Shown here one piece after another: positions 55,223 to 64,000 of a DNA stretch of 64,000 bases. Source of the DNA: an uncultured Solirubrobacterales bacterium (GTDB taxonomy: Bacteria; Actinomycetota; Thermoleophilia; Solirubrobacterales; Solirubrobacteraceae). The stretch spans positions 21,662 through 85,661 of the forward strand of contig CAWKGR010000002.1 of the NCBI GenBank assembly GCA_963849215.1. The letters run 5' to 3'. A program made the position numbers and the translations under genes. The notes under the pieces were generated by a model, which worked only from the letters and a program-made list of their open reading frames with translations, had not been told where the DNA came from and searched no databases. Position 1 is the stretch's first letter. Every line of letters starts with the position of its first letter.

Positions 55223-56500
55223 TTATGCGAGATCGCGCAAGCCGCGCAACGCGGCGTGCACAACCTTGTCGGTGTCGAGCGTCTCCTGTCCCCCGTCCTG
55301 CATGTCCTTCAACAGCGTCTCGCGCTCCCCCACGATCGCTACTAAACGGGCTCCTATACGGTTGGCGTGGCCCAATTGACCCTTCAATGAACGTCCGGCC
55401 ATCTCCATCCGCGCTGTCAATCCAGCCGAGCGCGCCTCGCTCAGGATCTCAAACGCGGCTGCCTTCACCCTCGAGAACGACCCATCCTCCCCCACATCCG
55501 CAAGCCCCACATACAGATCCACAGCTTGACCGCCCGCCGGCGGCGGGCTGCCGGCAAGGAGGATCCGCTCGATCCCTGCCGCCCAGCCCATCCCGGGGGT
55601 GGCCGGCCCACCCAGTTGCTCAACGAGCCCGTCATAGCGCCCTCCGCCACCCACGCCGCTCTGGGCGCCGAGGGCGTCGCTGGTGAACTCGAACACGGTG
55701 CGCGTGTAGTAGTCGAGGCCTCGCACCAGCGTCGTGTCAACCTCATAAGCCACGCCGGCACGGTCGAGCAGCTCGCGCACCGCGGCGAAGTGCTCGATGT
55801 CGGAGGGATCGAGCTCATCCAACAATCGCGGGGCGTCGCGCATCACAGCCAGCGTGCCCTCGTGGGAGGAGTCAAACGCGCGCAACGGGTTCAGATCGAT
55901 GCGGTCCTTCACCTCGGGTGAAAGTCTGCCTTCATGGGCGCGCAGGTGACGCTGCAGGCGCTCGCGGTAGCGGACGCGGCTCTCGCTCCCACCGAGGCTC
56001 GAGAGGCGCAGACGCGTCTCGGAGACCCCCATCTCCTCGAGCAGCGCCCCCAACAGCACGATCGACTCGGCGTCCACGGCCGGGTCGTCTGAGCCGAACG
56101 CCTCGGCACCCACCTGCCAGAACTGGCGCTGGCGGCCCTTCTGCGCGCGCTCGTAGCGAAAGAAGCTCGACATGTACCACAGCTTCACCGGCTGGGGCAG
56201 CTTGTGCATGCCGTGCTCCACATATGCCCTGCACACCGGCGCCGTGCCCTCAGGGCGCAGGGTCAGCGAGCGTTCGCCGCCATCGGTGAATGTGTACATC
56301 TCCTTGCGCACGATGTCAGTCGAGGTGCCCACGCCGCGTGCGAACAACTCGGTCGCCTCGAACGTCGGTGTCTCGATCCGCTCGTAACCGGCGCCCTCGA
56401 GGATCGAGCGTGCGCGGCCCTCGAGCACCGTTCGCGCCGCCGCCTGCTCACCAAGCACGTCATACGTGCCGCGTGGCGCCTTGATCTGCTCGCCGCTCAA
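55223..56500 (-). CDS. hisS: Histidine-tRNA ligase
   Basis: PRGTYD, LRPEGTA, LVRGLDYY and GGGRYD motifs; TTG start overlaps the upstream stop. Confidence 0.96.
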   Translation of the reverse strand: MSGEQIKAPRGTYDVLGEQAAARTVLEGRARSILEGAGYERIETPTFEATELFARGVGTSTDIVRKEMYTFTDGGERSLTLRPEGTAPVCRAYVEHGMHKLPQPVKLWYMSSFFRYERAQKGRQRQFWQVGAEAFGSDDPAVDAESIVLLGALLEEMGVSETRLRLSSLGGSESRVRYRERLQRHLRAHEGRLSPEVKDRIDLNPLRAFDSSHEGTLAVMRDAPRLLDELDPSDIEHFAAVRELLDRAGVAYEVDTTLVRGLDYYTRTVFEFTSDALGAQSGVGGGGRYDGLVEQLGGPATPGMGWAAGIERILLAGSPPPAGGQAVDLYVGLADVGEDGSFSRVKAAAFEILSEARSAGLTARMEMAGRSLKGQLGHANRIGARLVAIVGERETLLKDMQDGGQETLDTDKVVHAALRGLRDLA

Positions 56501-57258
56501 CTTCCGTGCGCCCGCCGTGTGCCCTCCGAGTGCGACGGCACGGGACTCATCGCCGCCGCGCGCAGCTCGCTGAGGAAAGGATTCGAGTCCCACTCGCGCC
56601 CGAGCGTCGTCACGCCCATGTGGCCGGGGTAGACAACCGTTTCGCGCTCGAAGCGCTCCATCAGCAGTCCGATCGAGCGCTCAAGCGTCGCCCAATCCCC
56701 ACCAGGCAGATCCACCCGACCGACAGAGCCTTCGAACAGAACGTCGCCAGAAAGCAACACAGGTGCGCCGCTCTCCGCGGAAGACTCCTCGCCGACCCCC
56801 GCAAGCGGGCTCGCCCCACCCCCAGGGGTCGTGCCGATCGCATACGTGAGGTGTCCTGGGCTGTGGCCTGGAGTGAACAACACCTCTATGTCCAGTCCCG
56901 CGAGTTGCAGCCGCTCCCCGCCCTTGACCGTGTGCTCCGCCTGCCAGCTCTCATACGGGCCGAACCCGGGCATCGTCCATTTGGTGATGTCCGCAAGCAC
57001 ACCAAGCTCTATCTCCGGGCACCACACTGGCGCTCGAGTGGCCCGTGCAACGGGCGCCACCGCGCCGATGTGGTCGAAATGGCAGTGGGTGATCAGGATC
57101 GCATCGATCTCCACCCCGAGCGCGCCGGCGGCGTCCAGTAGGCGCTGGGGCTCCTCACCAGGGTCGATCAGCAGCGCACTCGTCGCCTGCTGATCCGCAC
57201 GCACGATGTAGGCGTTCTCCTGGATCGCCCCCACCGTGAACGCGCGCACATCGATCAT
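56497..57258 (-). CDS. MBL-fold metallo-hydrolase
   Basis: THCHFDHIG, TPGHSPG, SGD and YPGH motifs. Confidence 0.93.
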   Translation of the reverse strand: MIDVRAFTVGAIQENAYIVRADQQATSALLIDPGEEPQRLLDAAGALGVEIDAILITHCHFDHIGAVAPVARATRAPVWCPEIELGVLADITKWTMPGFGPYESWQAEHTVKGGERLQLAGLDIEVLFTPGHSPGHLTYAIGTTPGGGASPLAGVGEESSAESGAPVLLSGDVLFEGSVGRVDLPGGDWATLERSIGLLMERFERETVVYPGHMGVTTLGREWDSNPFLSELRAAAMSPVPSHSEGTRRAHGS

Positions 57259-57629
57259 TTCGCGCCCGCCCCACCTGTCTGCTTGGCCTTGCTCCTCATC
57301 CGGCGCCTGTACAGCCACATGTCGGTGTAGTAGCTGATCGGCACGTACGCGATCAATACGATCGGGAACAGCTCGATTGCCTCGTTGGGCTTTTTCAGCA
57401 AGAGAATGCTGATCAGCAGCATCAACACCGCGGCCGCCATCGCGCGGTAGAAGGCCCCACGCCACGTGGGCTCGCGTTCCAGACGGTCCACGCGCTTCTC
57501 CTTGGAGGAGGTCGCCTTGCCCGTCTTCTCAGCGGTCGTCGGCTTGCGCCCAGTGCGCCCGCGCGACTCCACCACACCCGCCGCATTACCTCGATGCTTG
57601 GTTTGGCGCTTGCGCTTGGTTTGAGCCAT
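57255..57629 (-). CDS. Basic two-TM hypothetical membrane protein
   Basis: MAQTKRKRQTKHRGNAAG...; ATGA coupling to the MBL gene. Confidence 0.75.
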   Translation of the reverse strand: MAQTKRKRQTKHRGNAAGVVESRGRTGRKPTTAEKTGKATSSKEKRVDRLEREPTWRGAFYRAMAAAVLMLLISILLLKKPNEAIELFPIVLIAYVPISYYTDMWLYRRRMRSKAKQTGGAGAK

Positions 57630-57691
57630 CACTCGTTTCCGTTCCTGGTCTGCCACGTCGAGCACACACACAACCTGCCCCACGCCTCAGC

Positions 57692-58609
57692 CTAGAACCC
57701 TAGTGCGTTCTCGATCACGTGCACGCCGGGATCGAAGTTCCTCAACGTGATGCCGGCGGGAAAGCCCTCGAAAGCCGCGCGAGGGGCGAGACCCACGAGC
57801 TCCGCGCAAGCCACATCCGCGTGCCGTGCCACGGCCCCCACCACTGTCCGCAAAGGCATCTCGAGCGGGCGCTCCACGTTGGTTGAGACCTGTGCAACGC
57901 TCGAGCCGCGCAACCCCACCCCAATCGCTCGCACCCCTGGGAGTCCCTCCAATCCCCCTTCGCGGATCAGGCTCGCTATACGCTTTGCGTCATTCAGGCT
58001 CGCCGGAGCGGCCAACTCCATGTTGAACGCCACCAGAGGCTCGCGGGCCGCAACAAGCGTTGCCCCCGCCGTTGGGTGCAACCGTGGCCGCCCAAAATCG
58101 GGCTGCAGCCGTCCCGCGCTCAACCGCTCCGCCAGTCCAGCCATGCCCCCACGTCGCAGCTCCGCGCGAGTACGCCCGCCCGCGAGAGCTCCATACAGGA
58201 ACACAGGCACACCGAAGTCATCACCAAGCGCGGCGGCCACCACCAGCGCCTCTGCACACGCTGCGCCACGTTGAGCCGGGTTGAGATAAACGATCGGCGC
58301 CACGTCCACCGCCCCCACGTGCGGGTGCTGGCCTACGTCCGCTGGATCGCGTGTTGCCCCAACGTCGATTTGCTCGATTGCCATGCGTGCGCCTGCCAGC
58401 AGAGCGACGGATAGCTGTCCCTGGACGGCAGCGAGTGTGTACACCGAACGGTGGTGATCGGGGTCGGAGTGGACGTCCAACAGGCGAGCGGCGCCTTGCG
58501 CCGTGAATGCCCGCGCGATGGCGTCGACGATCGCCTGGTCGCGACCCTCCGAGACGTTGGGAACCGCCAGGAGCGGCAGGTCTGATGCTGTCGGGAGCCG
58601 GTGGGGCAT
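57692..58609 (-). CDS. Glutamate formiminotransferase
   Basis: VPNVSEGRD, DPDHHRSV, GQHPHVGAVDV and AREPLVAFN motifs. Confidence 0.9.
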   Translation of the reverse strand: MPHRLPTASDLPLLAVPNVSEGRDQAIVDAIARAFTAQGAARLLDVHSDPDHHRSVYTLAAVQGQLSVALLAGARMAIEQIDVGATRDPADVGQHPHVGAVDVAPIVYLNPAQRGAACAEALVVAAALGDDFGVPVFLYGALAGGRTRAELRRGGMAGLAERLSAGRLQPDFGRPRLHPTAGATLVAAREPLVAFNMELAAPASLNDAKRIASLIREGGLEGLPGVRAIGVGLRGSSVAQVSTNVERPLEMPLRTVVGAVARHADVACAELVGLAPRAAFEGFPAGITLRNFDPGVHVIENALGF

Positions 58610-58683
58610 TCTCAGTGCGACAGCCTACGCAGCGAGCGTGAGCGCCGGATGCCTCAGCGCCACAGGCTAAACTCCCCGCCCCC

Positions 58684-58757
58684 GCCGGAGTAGCTCAGCT
58701 GGTTAGAGCAGCGGAATCATAATCCGCGTGTCGGGGGTTCGAGTCCCTCCTCCGGCA
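58684..58757 (+). tRNA. tRNA with CAT anticodon (probably elongator Met)
   Basis: Acceptor stem GCCGGAG/CTCCGGC, D arm, anticodon arm GCGGA-ATCATAA-TCCGC, TTCGAG T loop; no encoded CCA. Ile2 not excluded. Confidence 0.92.
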
Positions 58758-58760
58758 TAA

Positions 58761-60160
58761 TGTCATGAGTCGGGACATAGGTCTCGCTTGAGTCGGGACA
58801 TAGGTCTCAGCTTGAAGAGTTGGGCCAGCGGCCTGGCTGGTTGTTTTGGTTGCGCCAGTAGGTTTTGTCGGGGTCGATGAGGTGGCGGCTGAGGACCTCG
58901 CCGGTGGTGAGGTCGGTGACGGTGACGTGGTGGTCGTCGGCGAGCGTGAGGACGCGTTTGCGGGCGTGTTTGGCGCCGACGCCGAGGTGGTGCATTCGGC
59001 CTGCTCGGCGGAGGCTCATCTTGCCTTTGTTATCGAGCCGGTCGTAGCGCAGCCGGTAGTGGCCCTGTGGGTGTCCGTTATTGGCTGGGAGCGCCTTGGG
59101 TGTGGCTCGGTAGGCGTTACCTGGCGTGCGTCGGTCAAGCGCGCGGTGCGGGCGCTTCTCGTTGTAGTGTGCTCGCAACTCGTCGAGCTGACGTTGCAGC
59201 TGTGCGATGCTTGCGGCGGGTGCTCTGGCCCTGAGCCAGCGTTGCTGGGTCTGGTGGAAGCGCTCGGTCTTGCCTTGGGTCTGTGGGTGTCCCGGGGACC
59301 CGTTCTTCTGCTGGACGCCGAGCAGCGGGAGTACGTACTCGAACGCGTTGCGCCCACCGGTGAAGCGGGAGGTGTAGACACTCCCGTTATCGGTGAGCGT
59401 GCTCGCCGGTGATCCGTGCTCGGCGACCGTGTCGAGGAACACGCTCACGACCGCGTCCCCAGTGACAGGTTGATGAGCGCTGCAGGACAGCAGGTAGCGG
59501 GAGTGATCGTCAAGCCAGTTGAGGATCTCGACGTCGGTTCCGTCTGCAAGGCGCCAGTGGATGAAGTCCGACTGCCACATCTCGTTCGGCTGCGCCGCCT
59601 GGAAGCGGATGTAGCTGCTTCTGGGGCGCTTGCGCGGCTCGGGGACGATCAGTCCAGCCTGGTGCAGGATCCGTCTGATCGTGGATGTCGACGGTGCCCT
59701 GAGTCCCTCTTGCTCGAGATACCACACGATCGTGACTGGTCCCCCATCCAGCCCGTCCGCGGTCAGACCTCGACGCAGCTCGATCACCCGCTCGCGGACA
59801 TCCTCGGACGTCGCGATAGGCGTCGTCTTCGGGCGCCTGGACCGCGGCTCGAGCGCATCCAAGCCTCCCTCCCGATAGCGAGCCAAAAGGCGGTGAAGAT
59901 GCCGGCGGGAAAACCCGTACTCGGCAGCGGCAGCAGTGACAGACATCTGGTCGGATACGACCTGGAGAACAGCAACACGGGCTCTAGACATGCCCGCCAA
60001 TGTGGCGTAGCCCCGGACGCCGTGCTGGTCTAGTCGCTCCGGCCCAGCCCCCCAGGCCATGCCTCCACGGCTAACACCATGAAAACGCTCAGCCCCACAT
60101 GGGACCTATGTCCCGACTCACCAGAGACCCATCACCTGGGACACATGTCCTGAAACCACA
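58761..60160 (-). mobile_element. IS481 family element
   Basis: TGT...ACA termini; TGAGTCGGGACATAGGTCTC at 58766 and 58789 with an inverted copy at 60103-60120; no target duplication seen. Confidence 0.85.
58807..59991 (-). CDS. IS481 family transposase
   Basis: HTH, WQSDF, LDDHSR, TDNG and PQTQGKTERF motifs. Confidence 0.93.
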   Translation of the reverse strand: MSRARVAVLQVVSDQMSVTAAAAEYGFSRRHLHRLLARYREGGLDALEPRSRRPKTTPIATSEDVRERVIELRRGLTADGLDGGPVTIVWYLEQEGLRAPSTSTIRRILHQAGLIVPEPRKRPRSSYIRFQAAQPNEMWQSDFIHWRLADGTDVEILNWLDDHSRYLLSCSAHQPVTGDAVVSVFLDTVAEHGSPASTLTDNGSVYTSRFTGGRNAFEYVLPLLGVQQKNGSPGHPQTQGKTERFHQTQQRWLRARAPAASIAQLQRQLDELRAHYNEKRPHRALDRRTPGNAYRATPKALPANNGHPQGHYRLRYDRLDNKGKMSLRRAGRMHHLGVGAKHARKRVLTLADDHHVTVTDLTTGEVLSRHLIDPDKTYWRNQNNQPGRWPNSSS

Positions 60161-60184
60161 CACCTCCTCCGGAACTGCCGGGCG

Positions 60185-61306
60185 CTACGCCTCGACTCGG
60201 AGTGGTCCTGGGTCCAGGAGACGCCAAGACTTGCCCTCCTTAACGAGCGTCCCCCGGATCGCGACCGTCCGCTTTCCATCATGGGCTTCGATAGCCCGGT
60301 GGTACTGAGTGTCGTCTAGATCGATCCGTACGTTGCGTTTGGTGTCCATCGCGAGACCTTCGATCACGATTGTGCCGACCTCATCGTCGGCTCTCCTGTC
60401 CAGAATCCCCACGACGCCGATCACCTCGATGTTGTCGAAGGGACCTAGCTTCTTCAGCGTCTTGCTCGCCTCTGGTAGTAGAGGCATGATCTCAGGCTCC
60501 AACGTGACGCGCTGATCAGACACGGTCGGCGGACGGGAAACGGCCCAGTCAACACTGATCTCTAGAGCCGACGAAACGGACTCTTCGCTCATGACCTGAA
60601 GGGCGTCACACAGGTTGGCGCTAACGCCCTGGTCAATAACGTCCTCAAACACATCTACCGACGCTCCGGCGAGTACTCGCCCTGCCGCATCGTGGACAGC
60701 CTCCAGGGCAAGCACAAGCTGCGTGGTGACCCGCCGTTCGAACGGGACATGCAGATGCGCGGCTTCGTCCGGGAGCAAGGCACCTTGCTCGTCTGTCTCG
60801 ACTTGCGAGATCACGGTGACGACGTAGCTACCTCGCTCCGTTTGTCCAAGCCGAACGCTGTTCAAATAATCCACTACCGTCGCGTGCTTCTTCGGGCCGT
60901 AAGCAGGGCGTGGCTCAACCGCCGCGCTGGCCACTGCTTGGATTAGATCGCGCGTTCCGCCAAAGAGCTTCGCGCCGTCTGTGATCGGAAGCTCACCGAG
61001 ACCAACCCGTGGGCTCACTAGGCGTACTCGGACGAGGTCGGAGGCCGCGTACCGAAGATTCGTGAGCATCGTCGACCAGTCCGCGTCTTCAATGTTGGCG
61101 AGCCGCCGAACGAACTGAGCCAAGCGCTCTTCGTAGTCGTCGGGTATCCGGGACAGGGGCAAGAACAGCGCCACGTCTCTACCGTGATTGGGATGCGACC
61201 ACACCGAGAACGCTCCCGTGCGTCGGACCGCATCCCAACCATGGCCGAGCATGTACAGCTCCGCCACGACGGGGTCCACGAAGTCCGCGATGCGATCGTC
61301 AGTCAA
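60185..61306 (-). CDS. Uncharacterised protein coupled to the DUF4365-like gene
   Basis: TTG start overlaps the upstream TGA; 'LGQTERGSYVV', 'GVSANLCDAL', C-terminal 'YHRAIEAH' beta-rich domain. Confidence 0.8.
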   Translation of the reverse strand: MTDDRIADFVDPVVAELYMLGHGWDAVRRTGAFSVWSHPNHGRDVALFLPLSRIPDDYEERLAQFVRRLANIEDADWSTMLTNLRYAASDLVRVRLVSPRVGLGELPITDGAKLFGGTRDLIQAVASAAVEPRPAYGPKKHATVVDYLNSVRLGQTERGSYVVTVISQVETDEQGALLPDEAAHLHVPFERRVTTQLVLALEAVHDAAGRVLAGASVDVFEDVIDQGVSANLCDALQVMSEESVSSALEISVDWAVSRPPTVSDQRVTLEPEIMPLLPEASKTLKKLGPFDNIEVIGVVGILDRRADDEVGTIVIEGLAMDTKRNVRIDLDDTQYHRAIEAHDGKRTVAIRGTLVKEGKSWRLLDPGPLRVEA

Positions 61307-61797
61307 AGTGCCTCTCCCGGCGGCTTGAGGTTGCCTAGCAGGCCTTCTACATCGAACACTTGTTCGGTTGGGATCGTGACGGCGACAGTGGACGTGTTGG
61401 TGGTTGGCGGGAGACCGGTGAGGCTGGTCCAGTAGGCACATCGCTTCAACACCATCTGCTCACGCTCGCTCAGCAGCCAGTCGTCAGGATCTTCCGGCAC
61501 GTCGACCACGATCAGCACGCGCGGCACGTAGAGCTTCTCGCGCTCAACTCGCAGGCGATCGTAGTCCTTAACGTCGAGGTCGTACGTGAAGTTCTCGGCT
61601 GCGGTGTCAACCGTGTGCGTACACTTCAGCTGGGCTGCAAGCTGGCCGCCAGCGACGCCACCGATGTCTGGCGCGGTGAACTCGATGTCCTTGCTGTTCT
61701 GATCGTGCGGCGGCACCGACGCATCAACACCTGCCGCAGCAGCTATGGCCCGAACAACAGCCCGGCTGAAGTGGTCCTTTTGGGCAGTGATGTGCAT
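61303..61797 (-). CDS. DUF4365-like PD-(D/E)xK fold protein
   Basis: 'D..SKDIEF', 'AQLKCT', 'YDLDVKDYDRLR', 'PRVLIVV' and 'AYW.SL.G'. Confidence 0.8.
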   Translation of the reverse strand: MHITAQKDHFSRAVVRAIAAAAGVDASVPPHDQNSKDIEFTAPDIGGVAGGQLAAQLKCTHTVDTAAENFTYDLDVKDYDRLRVEREKLYVPRVLIVVDVPEDPDDWLLSEREQMVLKRCAYWTSLTGLPPTTNTSTVAVTIPTEQVFDVEGLLGNLKPPGEAL

Positions 61798-61935
61798 CGG
61801 CTCGGCGCGTAGCGTAGCTGCACAGGCGAGTCGTTTGGTTGGTCGAAGTCGATATGATCGAACACGCAACGGTATTTCTTTCAGCGAAGGCGGCTACGAG
61901 CCGATCGCCGCAACGAAAGCCAGCACGCGGTTCCG

Positions 61936-62049
61936 GAGGTCCAGCGCTGGCTCGGCCACCACTCCGCATCGTTCACGCTCGCAATCTACGTTCACCTGCT
62001 CGACGGCGACCTCGGGGAGCCACTGACGATTCCGGGCTGTCGACAATGA
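61936..62049 (+). pseudogene. C-terminal remnant of a tyrosine integrase
   Basis: Hand translation EVQRWLGHHSASFTLAIYVHLL contains the LGH motif and the catalytic Tyr. Confidence 0.8.
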
Positions 62050-62358
62050 TGCGAAATGACTACAGAACCCCCGGAGCAGGCGTTATCCTCGACAGAGCGA
62101 TGACCCTGCCCAGTCGAATACGTCGTTGCACAACAGCTCTGGGATGAGAAGGAGAGGGCTCGCCGTGCCGATGTGGAGGCCCTACGCTCCGGGGAAAAGA
62201 CTGAGGCGCAGCTCAAGCGCGAAACCAAGGCGTTTGCTTTTCCGCCGGGCGGCGCTCGTATCAATCTGGACTCGGCCCGCTCCCTCTCCTGAGCGAGAAA
62301 TCCGCCAGCCCTGGATGTTGAGGCGCTCGATGCGCTCGAGGTCTAGGTGTCTCCGCTA

Positions 62359-63632
62359 AGTGCTCTGGCTCGGAAGTTCGCCGACGTATTTGTGGGTCAG
62401 GCGGCTTGGAGGGTCGGCTGGTCGAGTCGCTTGGCGACGCGGTCGAGGTCTTGGCGGGTGAACTTCCACTGAAATGGGGCGGCGATCTCCTCGTAGCGGC
62501 GAGCGAACGCGAGTAGCTGCGCTTCGAGCGTGTCGATGTCGGGGAAGTCGTTGGGGGTGAGAACCTTGCGTTGCACGATCGAGAAGTAGATCTCGGCTTG
62601 GTTGAGCCAGCTAGCGTGGACGGGGGTGTGAACGAGGATCAGGTTCTTGTATCTGCCTTGGAGGCGTTTGATCGATGCCTGGCCGCGGTGCGCTGAGCCG
62701 TTGTCGACGATCACGAACACGCGTCGGGCCTTGCTGTAGGGCTCAACGGTCATGAACTGCGCGACGAGCTTGTCGAACGGGACGATCCCGTCCTTCTTGT
62801 CGCAGCGGTCGAACAGTCTGGCGCGGCGTGCGTCCCAGGCAGCGAAGTAGCACAGGGCGCCGCCGCGTTCGTATTCGTGCTCGACGCGCTGGCCGCGCTT
62901 GATGTGGGCCGCGGCGGGCAGCGTGGCGTGCTTGCGGTGCCGCGCTTGGATCGATGGCTTCTCATCGCAGCAGACGACGTAGTCGCCGGGATGCAACAGC
63001 TCGCCTTCCCAGCGGCCGGAGTAGAGATCGAGGATGCGGCCGGCCTTGGCGGTGAACTCGGGGTCACGCGGGAAGATCCAGGAACGGTACTGCCACGGCT
63101 TGATCGCGTCCTCTGATAGCCAGCGCCAGACCGTCACGCCGGAGATCTGCTCGCAGATCCCGCGAGCGACAGCCTCGCGCGCGAGCTCTGGGGATGACCA
63201 GCGCGACAGCGGCACCTCGCTGTCTGAGGGCCGCTCGCACGCCAGGCGGATCACCTCAGCGCGGACCTGAGGGGGGAAAAGCCGGCGGTCTGCCGCGCCG
63301 GGGCCGGTCCTCCAGGCCGGCCAGGCGCTGCTCGAAGAATCGCTTGCGCCACTGCGAAACCACGTCGCGTCCGCAACGCAAACGGACGGCGATCTGATCG
63401 TTACGCAGCCCATCTGCGGCCATCAGCACCATCTGCGCCCTCATCACCTGCCAATACGGCAACGTATACGAACGCGCCAGCGACTCCAACACCGCGCGCT
63501 CCTCACCAGACAACTCGATCCGATACGGGCTATGTCTCGGCATCAGCGTCCCTTCACGAGAAGACAGGATGCCAGACACGCTACGGCCGCGATCAGACGC
63601 TAATACGTAGCCTTACTTACGAAATCGAGCAC
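62359..63632 (-). mobile_element. IS630 family element
   Basis: Short inverted ends GTGCTC/GAGCAC flanked by TA at 62357-62358 and 63633-63634. Confidence 0.85.
62397..63543 (-). CDS. IS630 transposase in two frames (probable programmed frameshift)
   Basis: HTH ORF 63543-63256 and DDE ORF (CCDEK, VDNGSAH, SWLNQAE) joined at TTTTCCCCCC (63280-63271). Confidence 0.85.
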
Positions 63633-63716
63633 TAAGCCTGGATGAGGCTCAGCGCATCATCGCCCTGCACGCCGCCCGAGACACCAGAGCCTTCAGGCGA
63701 TCCAATCCAGACCAGG

Positions 63717-63736
63717 GTGCAAACAAAGTGCAAACA
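63717..63736. repeat. Direct repeat resembling integrase arm-type sites
   Basis: GTGCAAACA at 63717-63725 and 63728-63736, about 105 bp inside the tRNA-like att copy. Confidence 0.55.
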
Positions 63737-64000
63737 TGCCCCACGCCATTAGGCGACAAGCCCGCGACAGCTTAGACGCGAATCGCCAGCAACAGAGCCA
63801 ATCTAGCTGACCGAGCCACACCCCACAACACCCCTCGGGAAGAATCATAATCCGCGTGTCGGGGTTCGGCTCCCTCATTCGGCATCACAGAAATTCCTGA
63901 AAACACGACGTTTTTGAGGACCAATTGCCCTATGGGTTGATCTCCAGGCTATCCGTCCCCTCGAGCATTCGCTCGTAGATACGGTACTTCTTGACGACCC

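Larger units (their letters stand above)
58758..63885. mobile_element. Decayed genomic island integrated at the tRNA
   Basis: Degenerate copy of the tRNA 3' half at about 63842-63884; integrase remnant and arm-like repeats inside. Confidence 0.8.

Noticed and set aside
58766-58808. 20-bp direct repeats that could suggest a CRISPR array
   Set aside because: Only two copies with a 3-bp gap; they are IS481 subterminal repeats, and no cas genes are present in the window.
62100-62292. Short protein-like frame (WDEKERARRADVEALRSGEK...)
   Set aside because: No in-frame start (stop codon just upstream); may be a frameshifted remnant but cannot be assigned.
63271-63280. Frameshift in the IS630 transposase as evidence of a pseudogene
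   Set aside because: Two-frame IS630 transposases joined at a slippery run are common; both frames and the element ends look intact.

Overview
High-GC actinobacterial chromosome segment. Gene content and order suggest Thermoleophilia/Solirubrobacterales (inference). The backbone carries housekeeping genes (nadK, tlyA, dxs, ispA, xseB, nusB, efp, aroQ/aroK-aroB/aroC/aroE, mltG, ruvX, alaS, an IscU-like::MnmA fusion, hisS, tRNA-Met) interleaved with a monoderm type IVa pilus locus (pilB, pilT, pilC, two near-identical pilA copies, pilD, pilM/N/O). Three accessory regions are visible. (1) A 3.4-kb cassette between tlyA and dxs, bounded by a 19-bp direct repeat and long inverted arms, carries an NYN RNase and an IS1595 transposase. 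(2) A 10.3-kb serine-integrase island sits inside the 5' end of efp and supplies a recoded efp start; it carries an IS110 whose bridge-RNA guides can be read directly, a Schlafen/AlbA_2 protein and a TIGR02391-like + AAA ATPase + S8 protease cluster. (3) A decayed 5-kb island at tRNA-Met holds IS481, IS630, an integrase remnant and a DUF4365-like gene pair. The main non-obvious signals are nine sigma28/WhiG-type promoter motifs with identical 15-bp spacing (pilus genes, HD-GYP, BldC-like regulator, a GT-C glycosyltransferase, an orphan HKT-repeat protein and the mobile NYN RNase) and three abutting perfect 24-bp palindromes at 9139-9210. All family calls come from motif recognition by eye; no database search was run.
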